Origin: an uncultured virus (IMG/VR IMGVR_UViG_3300042888_000268)
Taxonomy: Duplodnaviria > Heunggongvirae > Uroviricota > Caudoviricetes
Length of the DNA: 64,000 bases
Strand: one strand, 5' to 3'
Virus record (IMG/VR): IMGVR_UViG_3300042888_000268
Below are positions 48,948-58,949 of the stretch, one piece after another (the stretch's first letter is position 1; each line of letters opens with the position of its first letter). Position numbers and translations under genes: made by a program. Below the pieces are notes generated by a model. That model was not told the origin of the DNA and did no database searches. It saw nothing but the letters and a program-made list of their open reading frames with translations.

Positions 48948-49367
48948 ATGGCAATTCAAAAAGAAAACGTGTCAATTGATGTCCAAGACATCATTGAATT
49001 ATTACACAGTGGTTACACTTGGTTTAAGAAAGATGATCTTGGCTACGGCTCTATTCAAGAGAAGTTTAACGCTCTAGATATTCATATTAAAACTATCCAA
49101 AAGCATCCTGAATTAGCAAATGTAGATACAATAGCTAAGGTATTTGTAATTACTAATAGAAATAAAACAGATAATGGATCAACAACCACCAATGACATTA
49201 GTGTCAAACGAGATGAGATCAATTTGGGGGGCTTACCTAAGACTGATGAAAGGAGTACAAGATCCACAGATACAAGTATCCTATCTCAAGTCAACAACGG
49301 AACTCTTGGAACTAGCACAACAGAAAGTAGTCAAAAAAATGACCTATCAGCCTTTGCAAACCTTTAA
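48948..49367 (+). CDS. Hypothetical protein
   Basis: 139 aa with A-rich leader. Confidence 0.7.
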   Translation: MAIQKENVSIDVQDIIELLHSGYTWFKKDDLGYGSIQEKFNALDIHIKTIQKHPELANVDTIAKVFVITNRNKTDNGSTTTNDISVKRDEINLGGLPKTDERSTRSTDTSILSQVNNGTLGTSTTESSQKNDLSAFANL

Positions 49368-49371
49368 TGCT

Positions 49372-50769
49372 ATGACACCTCCAAGACCTAGTCCTACAAT
49401 GAGTGCAACACAGTTTGCTGTAGGACGTCAATTAGTAGGTAATGATGGTAATATATGGGAAGTGAGAGCTTCTGCTACGGGTGTACAAAGATGGGTAAAA
49501 GCTAAACATGTTCAATCAGGTACTTTTCATCCTAGTGCATTTAATATACCTATTATAGATTCACAAATATCAGATATTAGCATTGACCCCAATGCTCAAC
49601 AATCATTTAAATACAAACAAAATAACATGTCTAAAGTAAAATCTATTACAAAGAAAACTACTCAAGAAGTAAGAACAATTGACACTTCATTAATCAATAA
49701 AGAAGAAGTGTTTAAGATGTTAGCATTAGCAGAAGCCACAGGCTTACCCTGCTTATTAGTAGGTGCACCAGGTGTTGCTAAAACTAAAACTATAATTGAC
49801 TATGCTAAAGCATGGTTAAACAAAGACGGTAATATGACCGCAGAAGATTTTGCTAATAAAATCTATATATTAGAGACTGACGAAGGTACTAAAGCATCAG
49901 AGATTAAGGGTATGCCTGACTTAGGTAAGTTATTCACTGATAACAAGTATGAGCTTAACACTCCTATTGCTGATGCAGAGATTGTAATCATCAACGAGGT
50001 GGATAAAGCTAGCTCTGGTATCAGAAACGCTATGTTAGGTGTAATGAACGAGAAGTTCTTATTTAACGGTAAGCACAAGATTCCATGTAAGTGGAAGTTA
50101 TTTGTAGCTACCTGTAATGAGATTCCTAAAGATGAGACAGGATCTCCTTTCTGGGACCGTTTTATGTTGAAGATGACTGTAAACCGTGTATCTGCAGGTG
50201 AATTAGCTAAATATTTTAGCAAAGGAGCTCGTAACTACAGAGAGAAGTTTTCTATTGGTGTACCTAATAAGCAAGAAATTGAAAGTTTAGAAGTACCGGC
50301 AAATAAATTAGAGAAATATCTTGAGGTGGGTTATCAGCATAGCTCAGATCGTACATTAACATTTGTACCTAGTCTGACTAAAGCAGTTAGTTACATTTGG
50401 GATATCAGTCTTGATAAAGCTCTTGTAAAGACAGCTCAGATTATGATCTCACAAAATGCAGGTTCAGAATTACAAAATAAGTTGATGAGTCCAGAAGTTA
50501 AGGCAGTTATGTCTAAGGTGGAGATGTTACATTCTCATAGCTCTAATGAGCAATTAGAACTAGCTATAGCTGAAATTGAAAGCTTAATCAATACTTATAC
50601 ATCTCGTGGTATTATGGATGAAGGTCAAGTAGACGAAATAGAATTATCTATGCAGTATATTTTACAAAATCACCCAGCTAGAGAAACTCAAGTGACTGAA
50701 GATTTTGAAGCTATGATGTCTGAAGAAGAATCTATGCCAGTTCTAAATGGTTCTAGTAATCCTTTCTAG
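49372..50769 (+). CDS. MoxR/RavA-like AAA+ ATPase (alternative start 49627)
   Basis: Walker A GAPGVAKT, degenerate Walker B IIINEVDKA, ATCNE, FWDRF; adjacent vWA gene. Confidence 0.85.
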   Translation: MTPPRPSPTMSATQFAVGRQLVGNDGNIWEVRASATGVQRWVKAKHVQSGTFHPSAFNIPIIDSQISDISIDPNAQQSFKYKQNNMSKVKSITKKTTQEVRTIDTSLINKEEVFKMLALAEATGLPCLLVGAPGVAKTKTIIDYAKAWLNKDGNMTAEDFANKIYILETDEGTKASEIKGMPDLGKLFTDNKYELNTPIADAEIVIINEVDKASSGIRNAMLGVMNEKFLFNGKHKIPCKWKLFVATCNEIPKDETGSPFWDRFMLKMTVNRVSAGELAKYFSKGARNYREKFSIGVPNKQEIESLEVPANKLEKYLEVGYQHSSDRTLTFVPSLTKAVSYIWDISLDKALVKTAQIMISQNAGSELQNKLMSPEVKAVMSKVEMLHSHSSNEQLELAIAEIESLINTYTSRGIMDEGQVDEIELSMQYILQNHPARETQVTEDFEAMMSEEESMPVLNGSSNPF

Positions 50770-50792
50770 TATAATCTTTTAAATAAAGTAAA

Positions 50793-52313
50793 ATGGCACT
50801 AAGAAGTCTCAGTACAGGAAAACAGTATAAGAATGTTTATACCATCCTAGAAAAAGTAAAGAAAGGAGAGATACAATCTCACTATAAAGATACAGAAGGA
50901 TTATTTGGTAAGCTTAACTTCTATAAAAAAGGAGATCTTATCAAACCTCACATGCATTATATAGATGAAAGAAGACTAGCCACTGTAGTAGATGCTCATC
51001 TTAATGAACAACAAAACACTGTTAATTATTATCAAAGATTTCAGAAGAGTGCTGCATTTACTGCTATGCAAGAAGATAAAAAGCCTGACTGGCAAAGCTT
51101 TCAAAAGAAGTTATCTGAAACATATCAAAAGTTTCCTAAGCACTTAAAGAATGACATTTTTAAAATGTTTTATCATAAGATGGATAAACTAGATTTTGAA
51201 GAACGCACTGAAAATAACTATACTCAGTATAAGTTTCTAGAGCGTTCTAATAATCCTGTAGGTAAGATCATGACTGAGACTAGTAGTCTTAAATCAGCCA
51301 TATTTACCAGAAATCTAATGCATTATTACATTATGCAGATGACTATGATGGAATATATAGATCCAGATGCTGCCAAACAATTGATGAGTGGTCTTAACGG
51401 TGAGTCAGACTTTGATAATCAAGGTATGGACGATCTAATTAATAAGATGTTAGATAGTAGACTATCTAAAAACATGCTAGATGATGCTATACAAGAAGCT
51501 CAGAATACATGTAAAGCTATGGATGAATCTATACCACAAGACCTTCAAGATGAGATGTTTAATAGCGTCAAAGACGGAGGAGCTAATGCAGGTAAACTAA
51601 GTCCAGATTACATTAATCAAGTGACTGCTAATATTAGGAGAATCAATCTATCTATGGGGTCTCTTAAAGACAAGATTAAGAAGTTAATGGATAAGTCCAA
51701 AAACTATTTTTCTGCTAAGAAAGAAACTATCCAAGAAGATCTATTCAACTCTGATAATTTAGCAGGCTTAGATGAATATGTATTCTTACATCCAAACCTT
51801 AGAAAGTTCATGATTGAAGACATTATGATTAAGGATAGTAGGTCTATAGGTAAGATTAACATCTACATAGACATATCCGGTTCAATGTCAGACACTTGTG
51901 GAGTGGGAGATATAGATGGAACAAGAATAGATAAGCTAGACTTTTGTAAAGCATTTGCACTTAAGATGCAGGATTTAGGAATGTTGAATAAAATATATAC
52001 ATTCAATAATCATGTAAAAGAACTTAAGACAGATGTGTTTTCAATAGCTAATTTAACTACATGTGGCGGTACATCAATTAACACTGTGGTAGAGCATATC
52101 AAAAGACATGATGATAATGCACTAGTAATCACAGATGCTGAAGATGGATGCCATAGTTACTCAGAGAAAGCTTTCTTTATAGGTGTGAAAGGTGCAAACT
52201 TTAATCACTTTGATAAGAAGACTATACAGAAGTATTCTGAAAGCGGTCAAGTAGTAGTATTTGATGGTAACAGAATATTTAATGTTAACACAAAAGGTGG
52301 TATTACAAATTAA
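50793..52313 (+). CDS. vWA-domain protein (ViaA-like partner)
   Basis: MIDAS YIDISGSM, GGT, VITD. Confidence 0.85.
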   Translation: MALRSLSTGKQYKNVYTILEKVKKGEIQSHYKDTEGLFGKLNFYKKGDLIKPHMHYIDERRLATVVDAHLNEQQNTVNYYQRFQKSAAFTAMQEDKKPDWQSFQKKLSETYQKFPKHLKNDIFKMFYHKMDKLDFEERTENNYTQYKFLERSNNPVGKIMTETSSLKSAIFTRNLMHYYIMQMTMMEYIDPDAAKQLMSGLNGESDFDNQGMDDLINKMLDSRLSKNMLDDAIQEAQNTCKAMDESIPQDLQDEMFNSVKDGGANAGKLSPDYINQVTANIRRINLSMGSLKDKIKKLMDKSKNYFSAKKETIQEDLFNSDNLAGLDEYVFLHPNLRKFMIEDIMIKDSRSIGKINIYIDISGSMSDTCGVGDIDGTRIDKLDFCKAFALKMQDLGMLNKIYTFNNHVKELKTDVFSIANLTTCGGTSINTVVEHIKRHDDNALVITDAEDGCHSYSEKAFFIGVKGANFNHFDKKTIQKYSESGQVVVFDGNRIFNVNTKGGITN

Positions 52314-53565
52314 TTTTTGAACCTACCACCATAAATAATAGCATAGGAACTTGAGGATTAGTTGAAAGACTAGTCCTCAATCCTATGTTTAATTTAAAAC
52401 GCTTGGTAAAAGCGTAGTCACTAGATACACCAGTGATAAATCCCATATCTTGGGAAACCACAAAGTCCTTAGTATCAAATAGATACACAACAGGACTCCC
52501 TGATATATATAGTTCAGGAGATAAGTTTAACCTCTTATTGACAGCAAAAGGTTTAGTATAAAATAAAAGAAGATTGTGCATTAGATTGTCTTTACTAAAA
52601 GACAAAGTGTAATTAGCACCTGTAACACCCCACTTACCCATAGGGTAGATATAAGCATATGTTAAGAAACTAGAAACGTTTCCAAACATCACTGCTGTTG
52701 TAAAACCAAAGTTAGATATAGATTCTAGCTTCCCTCCATTGAAATTCATTTTAGTATATCTAGAAGAGACAACAAACTGTTTTAGATTACTCCAAACCAT
52801 ACCGCTTACGCCCCAGGAAGATGCTCCAGTCATAGAAGACTGAGATATTCCCCCGCTAAGTACTAACGCTATACTAGCGTCAACATTTTGACCTGCAGTT
52901 AAGTCAGAGTTAAATAAAATAGGATTCATCCTAGCCTGAGCTTTATTAGAGGATTTAGAATCCTTTTTACTGTCAGACTTTTTCTCCTCAGATTTCTTTT
53001 CAGACTTAGACTCTGATTTAGATTCAGATTTCTCTTCAGATTTAGACTCAGAACTACTTTCACTCTTAGATTCAGATTTAGACTCTGAGGAAGAGCTACT
53101 ACTAGAACTTGATTCAGAACTTGATGATGAGCTACTAGAGCTAGCAGGGGCAGCAGGGGCTGCCGTAGGAGGAGGAGCGGCTGCAGATGAAGCAGCAGCA
53201 GACGCAGCACTAGAAGCTGCAGAAGAAGCTGCTGAGCTTACAGCAGAACTTACTGCATTAGATACAGCAGCGGCTGTAACTTGAGTGCTAGTTTGTGCAG
53301 TTTGAGCCACAGAGCAAGGAGATAGTTTTCTATAGTCTTCATACACTTGATTAAGCCAAGCCTGAAATGCACCAGAAGATACATCAGCGGAAGTAAAAGT
53401 ACGAGACTTATTATAAAAGACAATAGTAGTAATCCCATTGATAGGAATACTAAAAGTGCTAACGACTTTTGTACAAGGGTCAACAAAAGTTTGTATAAGA
53501 GTTTGATTATACGCATAAAAAGGTAGTAATACTACTAAAATTAGAGCAAATATAAACTTTTTCAA
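52303..53565 (-). CDS. Exported protein with Ser/Ala-rich linker and probable C-terminal beta-barrel
   Basis: Signal peptide, small Cys-pair N-domain, S/A/E/K low-complexity linker, amphipathic strands with aromatic residues up to the C-terminus. Confidence 0.65.
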   Translation of the reverse strand: MKKFIFALILVVLLPFYAYNQTLIQTFVDPCTKVVSTFSIPINGITTIVFYNKSRTFTSADVSSGAFQAWLNQVYEDYRKLSPCSVAQTAQTSTQVTAAAVSNAVSSAVSSAASSAASSAASAAASSAAAPPPTAAPAAPASSSSSSSSSESSSSSSSSSESKSESKSESSSESKSEEKSESKSESKSEKKSEEKKSDSKKDSKSSNKAQARMNPILFNSDLTAGQNVDASIALVLSGGISQSSMTGASSWGVSGMVWSNLKQFVVSSRYTKMNFNGGKLESISNFGFTTAVMFGNVSSFLTYAYIYPMGKWGVTGANYTLSFSKDNLMHNLLLFYTKPFAVNKRLNLSPELYISGSPVVYLFDTKDFVVSQDMGFITGVSSDYAFTKRFKLNIGLRTSLSTNPQVPMLLFMVVGSKINL

Positions 53566-53673
53566 TCACTTTAACTTGTTTAAGATGACTAGATTAGATT
53601 TGATTAAAGCTGCAGTTTTAACTCCAGACTTAACAGATCTCATAGCTCTTTTCTTTTTCTTAGCGTTTGCCAT
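53566..53673 (-). CDS. Small basic peptide (35 aa)
   Basis: Read manually: MANAKKKKRAMRSVKSGVKTAALIKSNLVILNKLK; fills the gap exactly. Confidence 0.55.
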   Translation of the reverse strand: MANAKKKKRAMRSVKSGVKTAALIKSNLVILNKLK

Positions 53674-53685
53674 TGTAATTAAAAT

Positions 53686-54576
53686 TTAAAACTGAAAATT
53701 TGTTCCTATCATAAATAGGATTGGGTTACTCTTTTTGTAGCCAACTGATTCACTTAATTTATCCCAAGTTGTATTATATCTGATATTAGTGTTTAATATA
53801 AATCTTTTAGTTATTTTCCAATCTACAGATGTACCGTAGTATAAGTCTAAATTGAAATCATTTAAGTACCCAAGATCAGATGCTGTTCCATCTTTAAATT
53901 GTTTGTAGATATCACTCATAGCAAATACTTGAGGTGATATATTTACTCTTTTTGTTTTAAATGTATATGTATACATAGCCATACCTCTGTAAGTAATTTG
54001 ACTTGATGCAGGCAGCATTGGGTAGATTAAATCTAAAAAATTACCATCAGTATCTACTGTATATTTTCCTTTCCATTCACCTTGGTAGGTCCCCCAGAAT
54101 GTTTTAGAAGCAATTAGACTATAGCCAAAGGTTCCAAACTTTTTAGATCTAAATACATCTATAAATGATAGTGTAATATCTTTCTGAAAATCAAAATCTG
54201 TTGAATAAAAAGATTGTATTGTAGTAGTTCTTGTATCTGTATTTCTGCTGAAACCATATCCAACACCATAATAATTCCATACTGGGTTTATTGATGATGC
54301 AAATGAGTGTCCCCACTTACCATTATTAGATGACTTGCTATATCCCAGATTCAGTGTGGTAGATACTTGTTTACCAATTACACCTACTGATAAATTTGAG
54401 GATGAAAGAACATCTTTTGAAAAATCAATATATGACTCTAATATACCTAAGTTATTCCAATCACCACTTTCTCCAAATAGTTCTTTAGGTGATAGCTGTA
54501 ATGTATCAGGTTTTTGTACCTGTGCATTTGATATAAATCCAATCAGAACTAATAATATAATTAATAAGTATTTCAT
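53686..54576 (-). CDS. Putative outer-membrane beta-barrel protein
   Basis: Signal peptide (ISNA-Q), alternating amphipathic strands, C-terminal beta-signal-like FMIGTNFQF. Confidence 0.7.
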   Translation of the reverse strand: MKYLLIILLVLIGFISNAQVQKPDTLQLSPKELFGESGDWNNLGILESYIDFSKDVLSSSNLSVGVIGKQVSTTLNLGYSKSSNNGKWGHSFASSINPVWNYYGVGYGFSRNTDTRTTTIQSFYSTDFDFQKDITLSFIDVFRSKKFGTFGYSLIASKTFWGTYQGEWKGKYTVDTDGNFLDLIYPMLPASSQITYRGMAMYTYTFKTKRVNISPQVFAMSDIYKQFKDGTASDLGYLNDFNLDLYYGTSVDWKITKRFILNTNIRYNTTWDKLSESVGYKKSNPILFMIGTNFQF

Positions 54577-55292
54577 TACTTAGTAAATACACCTTTTTTT
54601 ATCATTCTATCTAGGATTCTAGCACAAGCTATATCTAGGGCTTTCTTCGTAGCAATAGATATAGTGGATTGATTAAACTTTACCGGGTCTAGAGATGCAT
54701 CAGATAAACCTGAAGTCTCTTTAGTAGTCTTAGCCTCACCTAGTCCAGAGGCAGATATAATAGTTGCTGTCTCAGCATCTGTGAATCTCACTTGCAGACC
54801 AATACGTGTTACCATCATTTGTTTGGTATCACCTTTAATATAAACAGACTCGTCTTCTGATATAGAATAGTCATAGCATTCAATAGTAACAAAATACTTA
54901 GCTAGGTTAATCTTACCACGACCATCTAGTTTATTCTCAGAGATACCGGATTGTGAAGCTTGAAACTGCTTTACCATACGGTTTTTAATCTCTGTCTTAT
55001 CCTCTGTAAACTTGAACCTATTAAGGTTCTCTAAATATTCCATAGAAATGTTAGCTACGCCTAATCCTACACGCTTTTCTTTAAGCTCCGGATACATTTC
55101 ATACATCTCATCTGATATACCCGCTTTAAGGATTTGTATAGGTATTTGTACACCTTCATAGTCTAAAAATTGTGATATGTCTATAGCCTTTTCAAAGCTA
55201 GCTTTATAATTCTCAGTTTGAGTCTTAGCTATCTGAGCGTTACTATTAATAGTTAATAGTAAACCTGTTATAAAAATTAGTATGTTCTTCAT
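54576..55292 (-). CDS. CsgG/HfaB-like (curli secretion channel-fold) protein
   Basis: Signal peptide; GLGVANI..L.NLNRFKFTE..G.INLAKYFVT..IGLQVRFTDAETATIISASGLG follows the CsgG family pattern. Confidence 0.7.
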   Translation of the reverse strand: MKNILIFITGLLLTINSNAQIAKTQTENYKASFEKAIDISQFLDYEGVQIPIQILKAGISDEMYEMYPELKEKRVGLGVANISMEYLENLNRFKFTEDKTEIKNRMVKQFQASQSGISENKLDGRGKINLAKYFVTIECYDYSISEDESVYIKGDTKQMMVTRIGLQVRFTDAETATIISASGLGEAKTTKETSGLSDASLDPVKFNQSTISIATKKALDIACARILDRMIKKGVFTK

Positions 55293-55507
55293 TTAGATTT
55301 ATTTATAGATCTGGACCAATATATAAAAGAGAGCCAGAAGCATCCGGAAAGGAAATAGAAAGTTATATCTGCAGCCCAATACGAACCTGTAGCGTCCATA
55401 ATCAGCTTGAAGAGGAAGTCGTAGCCAAACGGCAGAAAAAACATGGCTAATAGTAGGGAAGTATCTTTGTAAAAAGTAAATCTTTTTATTCTGTCTTTGT
55501 AATTCAT
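55289..55507 (-). CDS. Small two-TM membrane protein
   Basis: 72 aa, hydrophobic; ATGA overlap with the CsgG-like gene. Confidence 0.65.
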   Translation of the reverse strand: MNYKDRIKRFTFYKDTSLLLAMFFLPFGYDFLFKLIMDATGSYWAADITFYFLSGCFWLSFIYWSRSINKSK

Positions 55508-55531
55508 CAGGGTTCATGGGAGTTAATTAAG

Positions 55532-56113
55532 TTAACAATGTTCATCCTTGATCTTACCACAGTGGATACATTCATAGTCTCCATCATGGTCTATATCTGC
55601 AAACACATGCTCACACTGTCTGTGTTCTTGATGCTCAAACTCTAATTTCTTAAGCTCAATCTCATGGTGATGCTGTTCAGCCACTTTATCAGCTTCAGCT
55701 TTAACTACATGATCAATCTTAGTTTGTTCAGACGCTCGGCCCGCAGCAGCAACAAATGCATCAGGAATTAATGGAGCATAAGGTTTGTTAGACTCTTTAA
55801 TGTCATTAACACTACCTATACTAACACCATCTTCTTCATCCATTTTCTGTACAAGCATTTTATCTTTATCAGTATCAGAGAACCAATAGTCTATAATCTT
55901 ACCATAAGAACCAATAAAGGCTCCTAATAATAACATAAGTAATTCTTTCCATTCACCGGCCATAACAGCATTATTAGATACAGCTACAAATATTCCAGCT
56001 ATGATCATAATAAATGTTCCTAATACTAACGCTGTAATAAACCAGCGTCTTGCCATCATTTTACCTAGTAGTTCTTTGAATCCACCTGATTCTGGTTGTT
56101 TTTTATTTTCCAT
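55532..56113 (-). CDS. Two-TM membrane protein with His/Cys-rich C-terminus
   Basis: Two hydrophobic helices, KIIDYWFSD, terminal CEH..CIHC. Confidence 0.7.
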   Translation of the reverse strand: MENKKQPESGGFKELLGKMMARRWFITALVLGTFIMIIAGIFVAVSNNAVMAGEWKELLMLLLGAFIGSYGKIIDYWFSDTDKDKMLVQKMDEEDGVSIGSVNDIKESNKPYAPLIPDAFVAAAGRASEQTKIDHVVKAEADKVAEQHHHEIELKKLEFEHQEHRQCEHVFADIDHDGDYECIHCGKIKDEHC

Positions 56114-56140
56114 AAAAGTTTTTTAGTTCTTAATAATATA

Positions 56141-56440
56141 TTACCATTTAGGAGCTTCTTCTTTAAACTCATCACCCTCTTTTTTAGGTTTAGCAGGAGC
56201 TGGTTTAGGATCTGCAGCTTTCTGATTAATAATAACAGTTTTACCTCCAGCAGCTTGAGACTGCTGATTAGAGTTAGTAATGTTAATTACAGGTGCAGCC
56301 TGTATAGGAGCAGCTTTATCTTCTCCACCAAATAAGGTTGAGCCTAACCAAGCCCCACCAGCCGTTACAACTGTAGCTATAGTACCTAATATTGTTTTTT
56401 TTAGACTAGAGCCTGTTGATTCTTGTTGTTCTTCTGACAT
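56141..56440 (-). CDS. Single-TM protein with low-complexity tail
   Basis: 99 aa. Confidence 0.7.
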   Translation of the reverse strand: MSEEQQESTGSSLKKTILGTIATVVTAGGAWLGSTLFGGEDKAAPIQAAPVINITNSNQQSQAAGGKTVIINQKAADPKPAPAKPKKEGDEFKEEAPKW

Positions 56441-56445
56441 AAAAT

Positions 56446-56820
56446 TTATTTTATAATTATTGGATGTTTAACTTCTTTACCTGCTATATCTATAAAGATT
56501 AAATCATAATCCTTTTTAGGTAATGCAGATAGGTCATATACCTTTTTAGTAATAATATCAGTGGCTGTAAAGCCCTCTGTTTTAACAGCCTCATCTTTTC
56601 CAAATGGAATTACTTGTACTGAATACTTAGCTCCCGGAGTGGTAACAAACTCCACTGTAACAACATTACCAGTTTGACCTATAGACTTTATAGATGTAGC
56701 TGTAGATTTAATACCTAAATCAATGGTATTCATCATTACAGGAACATCCACCTTTCTACAGCTTAACGCTAATAGTGTTACTAAAAACCCTAACCCTAAA
56801 ACTTTGTCTATTTTTCTCAT
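56446..56820 (-). CDS. Lipoprotein resembling a stand-alone T9SS C-terminal sorting domain
   Basis: Lipobox LALS-C; Ig-like strands ending DLSALPKKDYDLIFID..KHPIIIK. Confidence 0.6.
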   Translation of the reverse strand: MRKIDKVLGLGFLVTLLALSCRKVDVPVMMNTIDLGIKSTATSIKSIGQTGNVVTVEFVTTPGAKYSVQVIPFGKDEAVKTEGFTATDIITKKVYDLSALPKKDYDLIFIDIAGKEVKHPIIIK

Positions 56821-56822
56821 AG

Positions 56823-58949
56823 TTAGAAATTGTTATAACCTGTTAATTTAATTTGTGAAGTATTTAGATTAATACCTAATTGATTTCCTTTAGCATCAGA
56901 AGCGTCCATAGTTTGTGACACTTTGATAGCTGTTAATATATTTACTCCTTCTCCTATAGTGCTAAACTTAAGTTTAAACGGAACACTTACACCAGTGAGA
57001 GAAGCAGACTTATTCTGATCTAACGCTCCAAACTTTACACGACCATCTTTAGTACTTGCAAATACATACCATGTAGCAGGCACTGTTGGGATTAACTCTT
57101 CAAATTTTATCTTAGCAGGATCAAATGTAAACTCAAACTGTAAACCACTAACATTTAAACCTTTAGTATCTAAACCTACAGGTATTTCTATAGTGTTACT
57201 TGTTACAGTTGTATTAGTTAAGTTTACATCTACAGCACTAATATCATATGGAGTGTTAATCCATCCCCCGGTAGCTTGCACTTGAGTAGCCATAGTCTTA
57301 AATACAGTGTTTGTCTGTAAGCTATTAATAGCATTAGTCTGTACAGAAGATGTACCCCCGGAAGATACAATCACCTGAGAAGAGTGAGATCTGTTTACAT
57401 CAGCCCATAGAAGATACTTAAGATCTAATATAGCATTAGTACCTAAAGCTCCTGTTTTAAAATAAGCATGTGGTGTTGTAATATCTTTCCAGTTAGATGT
57501 GGTGATAGCTCCCCAAGAACTATTAGGATTTACATCAAATACAAATTCAGACTTAAAAGAATAATCTGTACCATTTACTCTTATATAAGGAATGTATGTA
57601 GAAGTTCCATCAGATGCTTTAGTAAACGTAGAAGGCACTCTATATTGTGCCCAGGTAGCATCAGCAGATAAATATTCTATAGGTCCAGTGTATAAATCAA
57701 ACAATTGTATACTTCTAATACTACTAGGTGCTACACCTGTAGGGAATTTTCTCATATCTAAGTATAATGTACTATTAGTAGTACCTACAGATACATAAGA
57801 CCATTCCACTTGACCACCAACACTCATTACATCAGCAGCTTTCCATGTAGGAACACCTCTATAACTAGTACCTGCTCCTGCAGAAGTATAAGTAGTAGGT
57901 AATTTAAATAATGTATCTATTCCTGCAACCTGAGCTAGTAATCTAGGAAGGTCACCCCCATCTATTTTACTGTTGTCATTGATATCTGCAGCCAATAAAG
58001 ACTGTCCAGTTTTTAAATTCTGACCGTTAGATCCGTCCAGACCCATAGAAGTAAACTCTGATTGAGCTGTAGTAAAATCTGATATAGTGATTGCACTATT
58101 GTATATAGTGTAAAGCTTATCCATATCATGCATAACACTAACATCATACACTTTGTTAGCAGCTAATAAAGATTGATTAACATCAACCGCTCCTGTAGAT
58201 GTAACACTAAACATTTGACCTGTTTTAGCAAGTGTGTCATAGAAGAAAACTTTTAAAGGAGAAAGATTATATAAGTTAGAGTTTACATCTACATTAGCTG
58301 TTACATACTTACCAAAGTTTTGGTTCATAATAACAGAAGTAGATAATGGAGTTTCCATTAAAGTAGCTTCTTGAGATCCTGCCCCATTCCAACCAGCTAC
58401 AAAGTTTAACTTAATAGGATTGAATGTATATGCCGTAGAAGCAGCTTTTAATCTGAATGTAATTTTAACAAGACCATCATAACTAGTGTAAGGCATTGCA
58501 GAATTAGTAGACCAAGTAAGTGTAGCTCTTAAAATAGCATATACGTTAGTAGTACTATAGTTATAATTAGCGTATTGATAATTAGTAGTACCATTTGTAG
58601 TGGTATTATTATTACTACCTGACGTAATAGGAATAAAATTATATCCAGGGTAATCATAATAAGAAATACTAATATTAGAACCTGATGGAAGAATACCACC
58701 ATTACCACCAGTACCTGTATGTGCAACAGATACTATTTCAAAGTTATTTTTATCATATTGTAGATCAAATAATAACTGACGGGTAGTAGAGTTACTATTA
58801 CCGTTAGCATAAATAACATACTCAAAGGTTGTACCTCTATCTAAAGATGCACCACCTACTGATGTAGCAGCTTTAAACTTGATTTGGCCGTAAGATAGTG
58901 TCACAAATATTGTAAAAATTGTGACAAGAAACAGTCTTAATTTAATCAT
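56823..58949 (-). CDS. Large secreted protein with cohesin-like and dockerin-like domains
   Basis: Signal (LSYG-Q); N-terminal FDLQYD and C-terminal IEIPV..VSGLQFEFTFDP cohesin-like domains; Ca-loop AADINDNSKIDGGDL. Confidence 0.65.
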   Translation of the reverse strand: MIKLRLFLVTIFTIFVTLSYGQIKFKAATSVGGASLDRGTTFEYVIYANGNSNSTTRQLLFDLQYDKNNFEIVSVAHTGTGGNGGILPSGSNISISYYDYPGYNFIPITSGSNNNTTTNGTTNYQYANYNYSTTNVYAILRATLTWSTNSAMPYTSYDGLVKITFRLKAASTAYTFNPIKLNFVAGWNGAGSQEATLMETPLSTSVIMNQNFGKYVTANVDVNSNLYNLSPLKVFFYDTLAKTGQMFSVTSTGAVDVNQSLLAANKVYDVSVMHDMDKLYTIYNSAITISDFTTAQSEFTSMGLDGSNGQNLKTGQSLLAADINDNSKIDGGDLPRLLAQVAGIDTLFKLPTTYTSAGAGTSYRGVPTWKAADVMSVGGQVEWSYVSVGTTNSTLYLDMRKFPTGVAPSSIRSIQLFDLYTGPIEYLSADATWAQYRVPSTFTKASDGTSTYIPYIRVNGTDYSFKSEFVFDVNPNSSWGAITTSNWKDITTPHAYFKTGALGTNAILDLKYLLWADVNRSHSSQVIVSSGGTSSVQTNAINSLQTNTVFKTMATQVQATGGWINTPYDISAVDVNLTNTTVTSNTIEIPVGLDTKGLNVSGLQFEFTFDPAKIKFEELIPTVPATWYVFASTKDGRVKFGALDQNKSASLTGVSVPFKLKFSTIGEGVNILTAIKVSQTMDASDAKGNQLGINLNTSQIKLTGYNNF

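Noticed and set aside
49174..49371. N-terminal extension of the AAA ORF from 49174
   Set aside because: It overlaps 48948-49367 in another frame; starts at 49372 or 49627 fit the operon packing.
32961..50222. Minus-strand ORFs at 32961, 33220, 34197, 37135, 37478, 38327, 41299, 43807, 44241, 44657, 46188, 48191, 49082 and 49863; alternate-frame ORFs at 35359 and 48871
   Set aside because: They overlap better-supported plus-strand genes or RNAs and show no recognisable features.
52940..53280. DNA tandem repeat or contingency locus
   Set aside because: Degenerate codons of a Ser/Ala/Glu/Lys linker, not an exact repeat.
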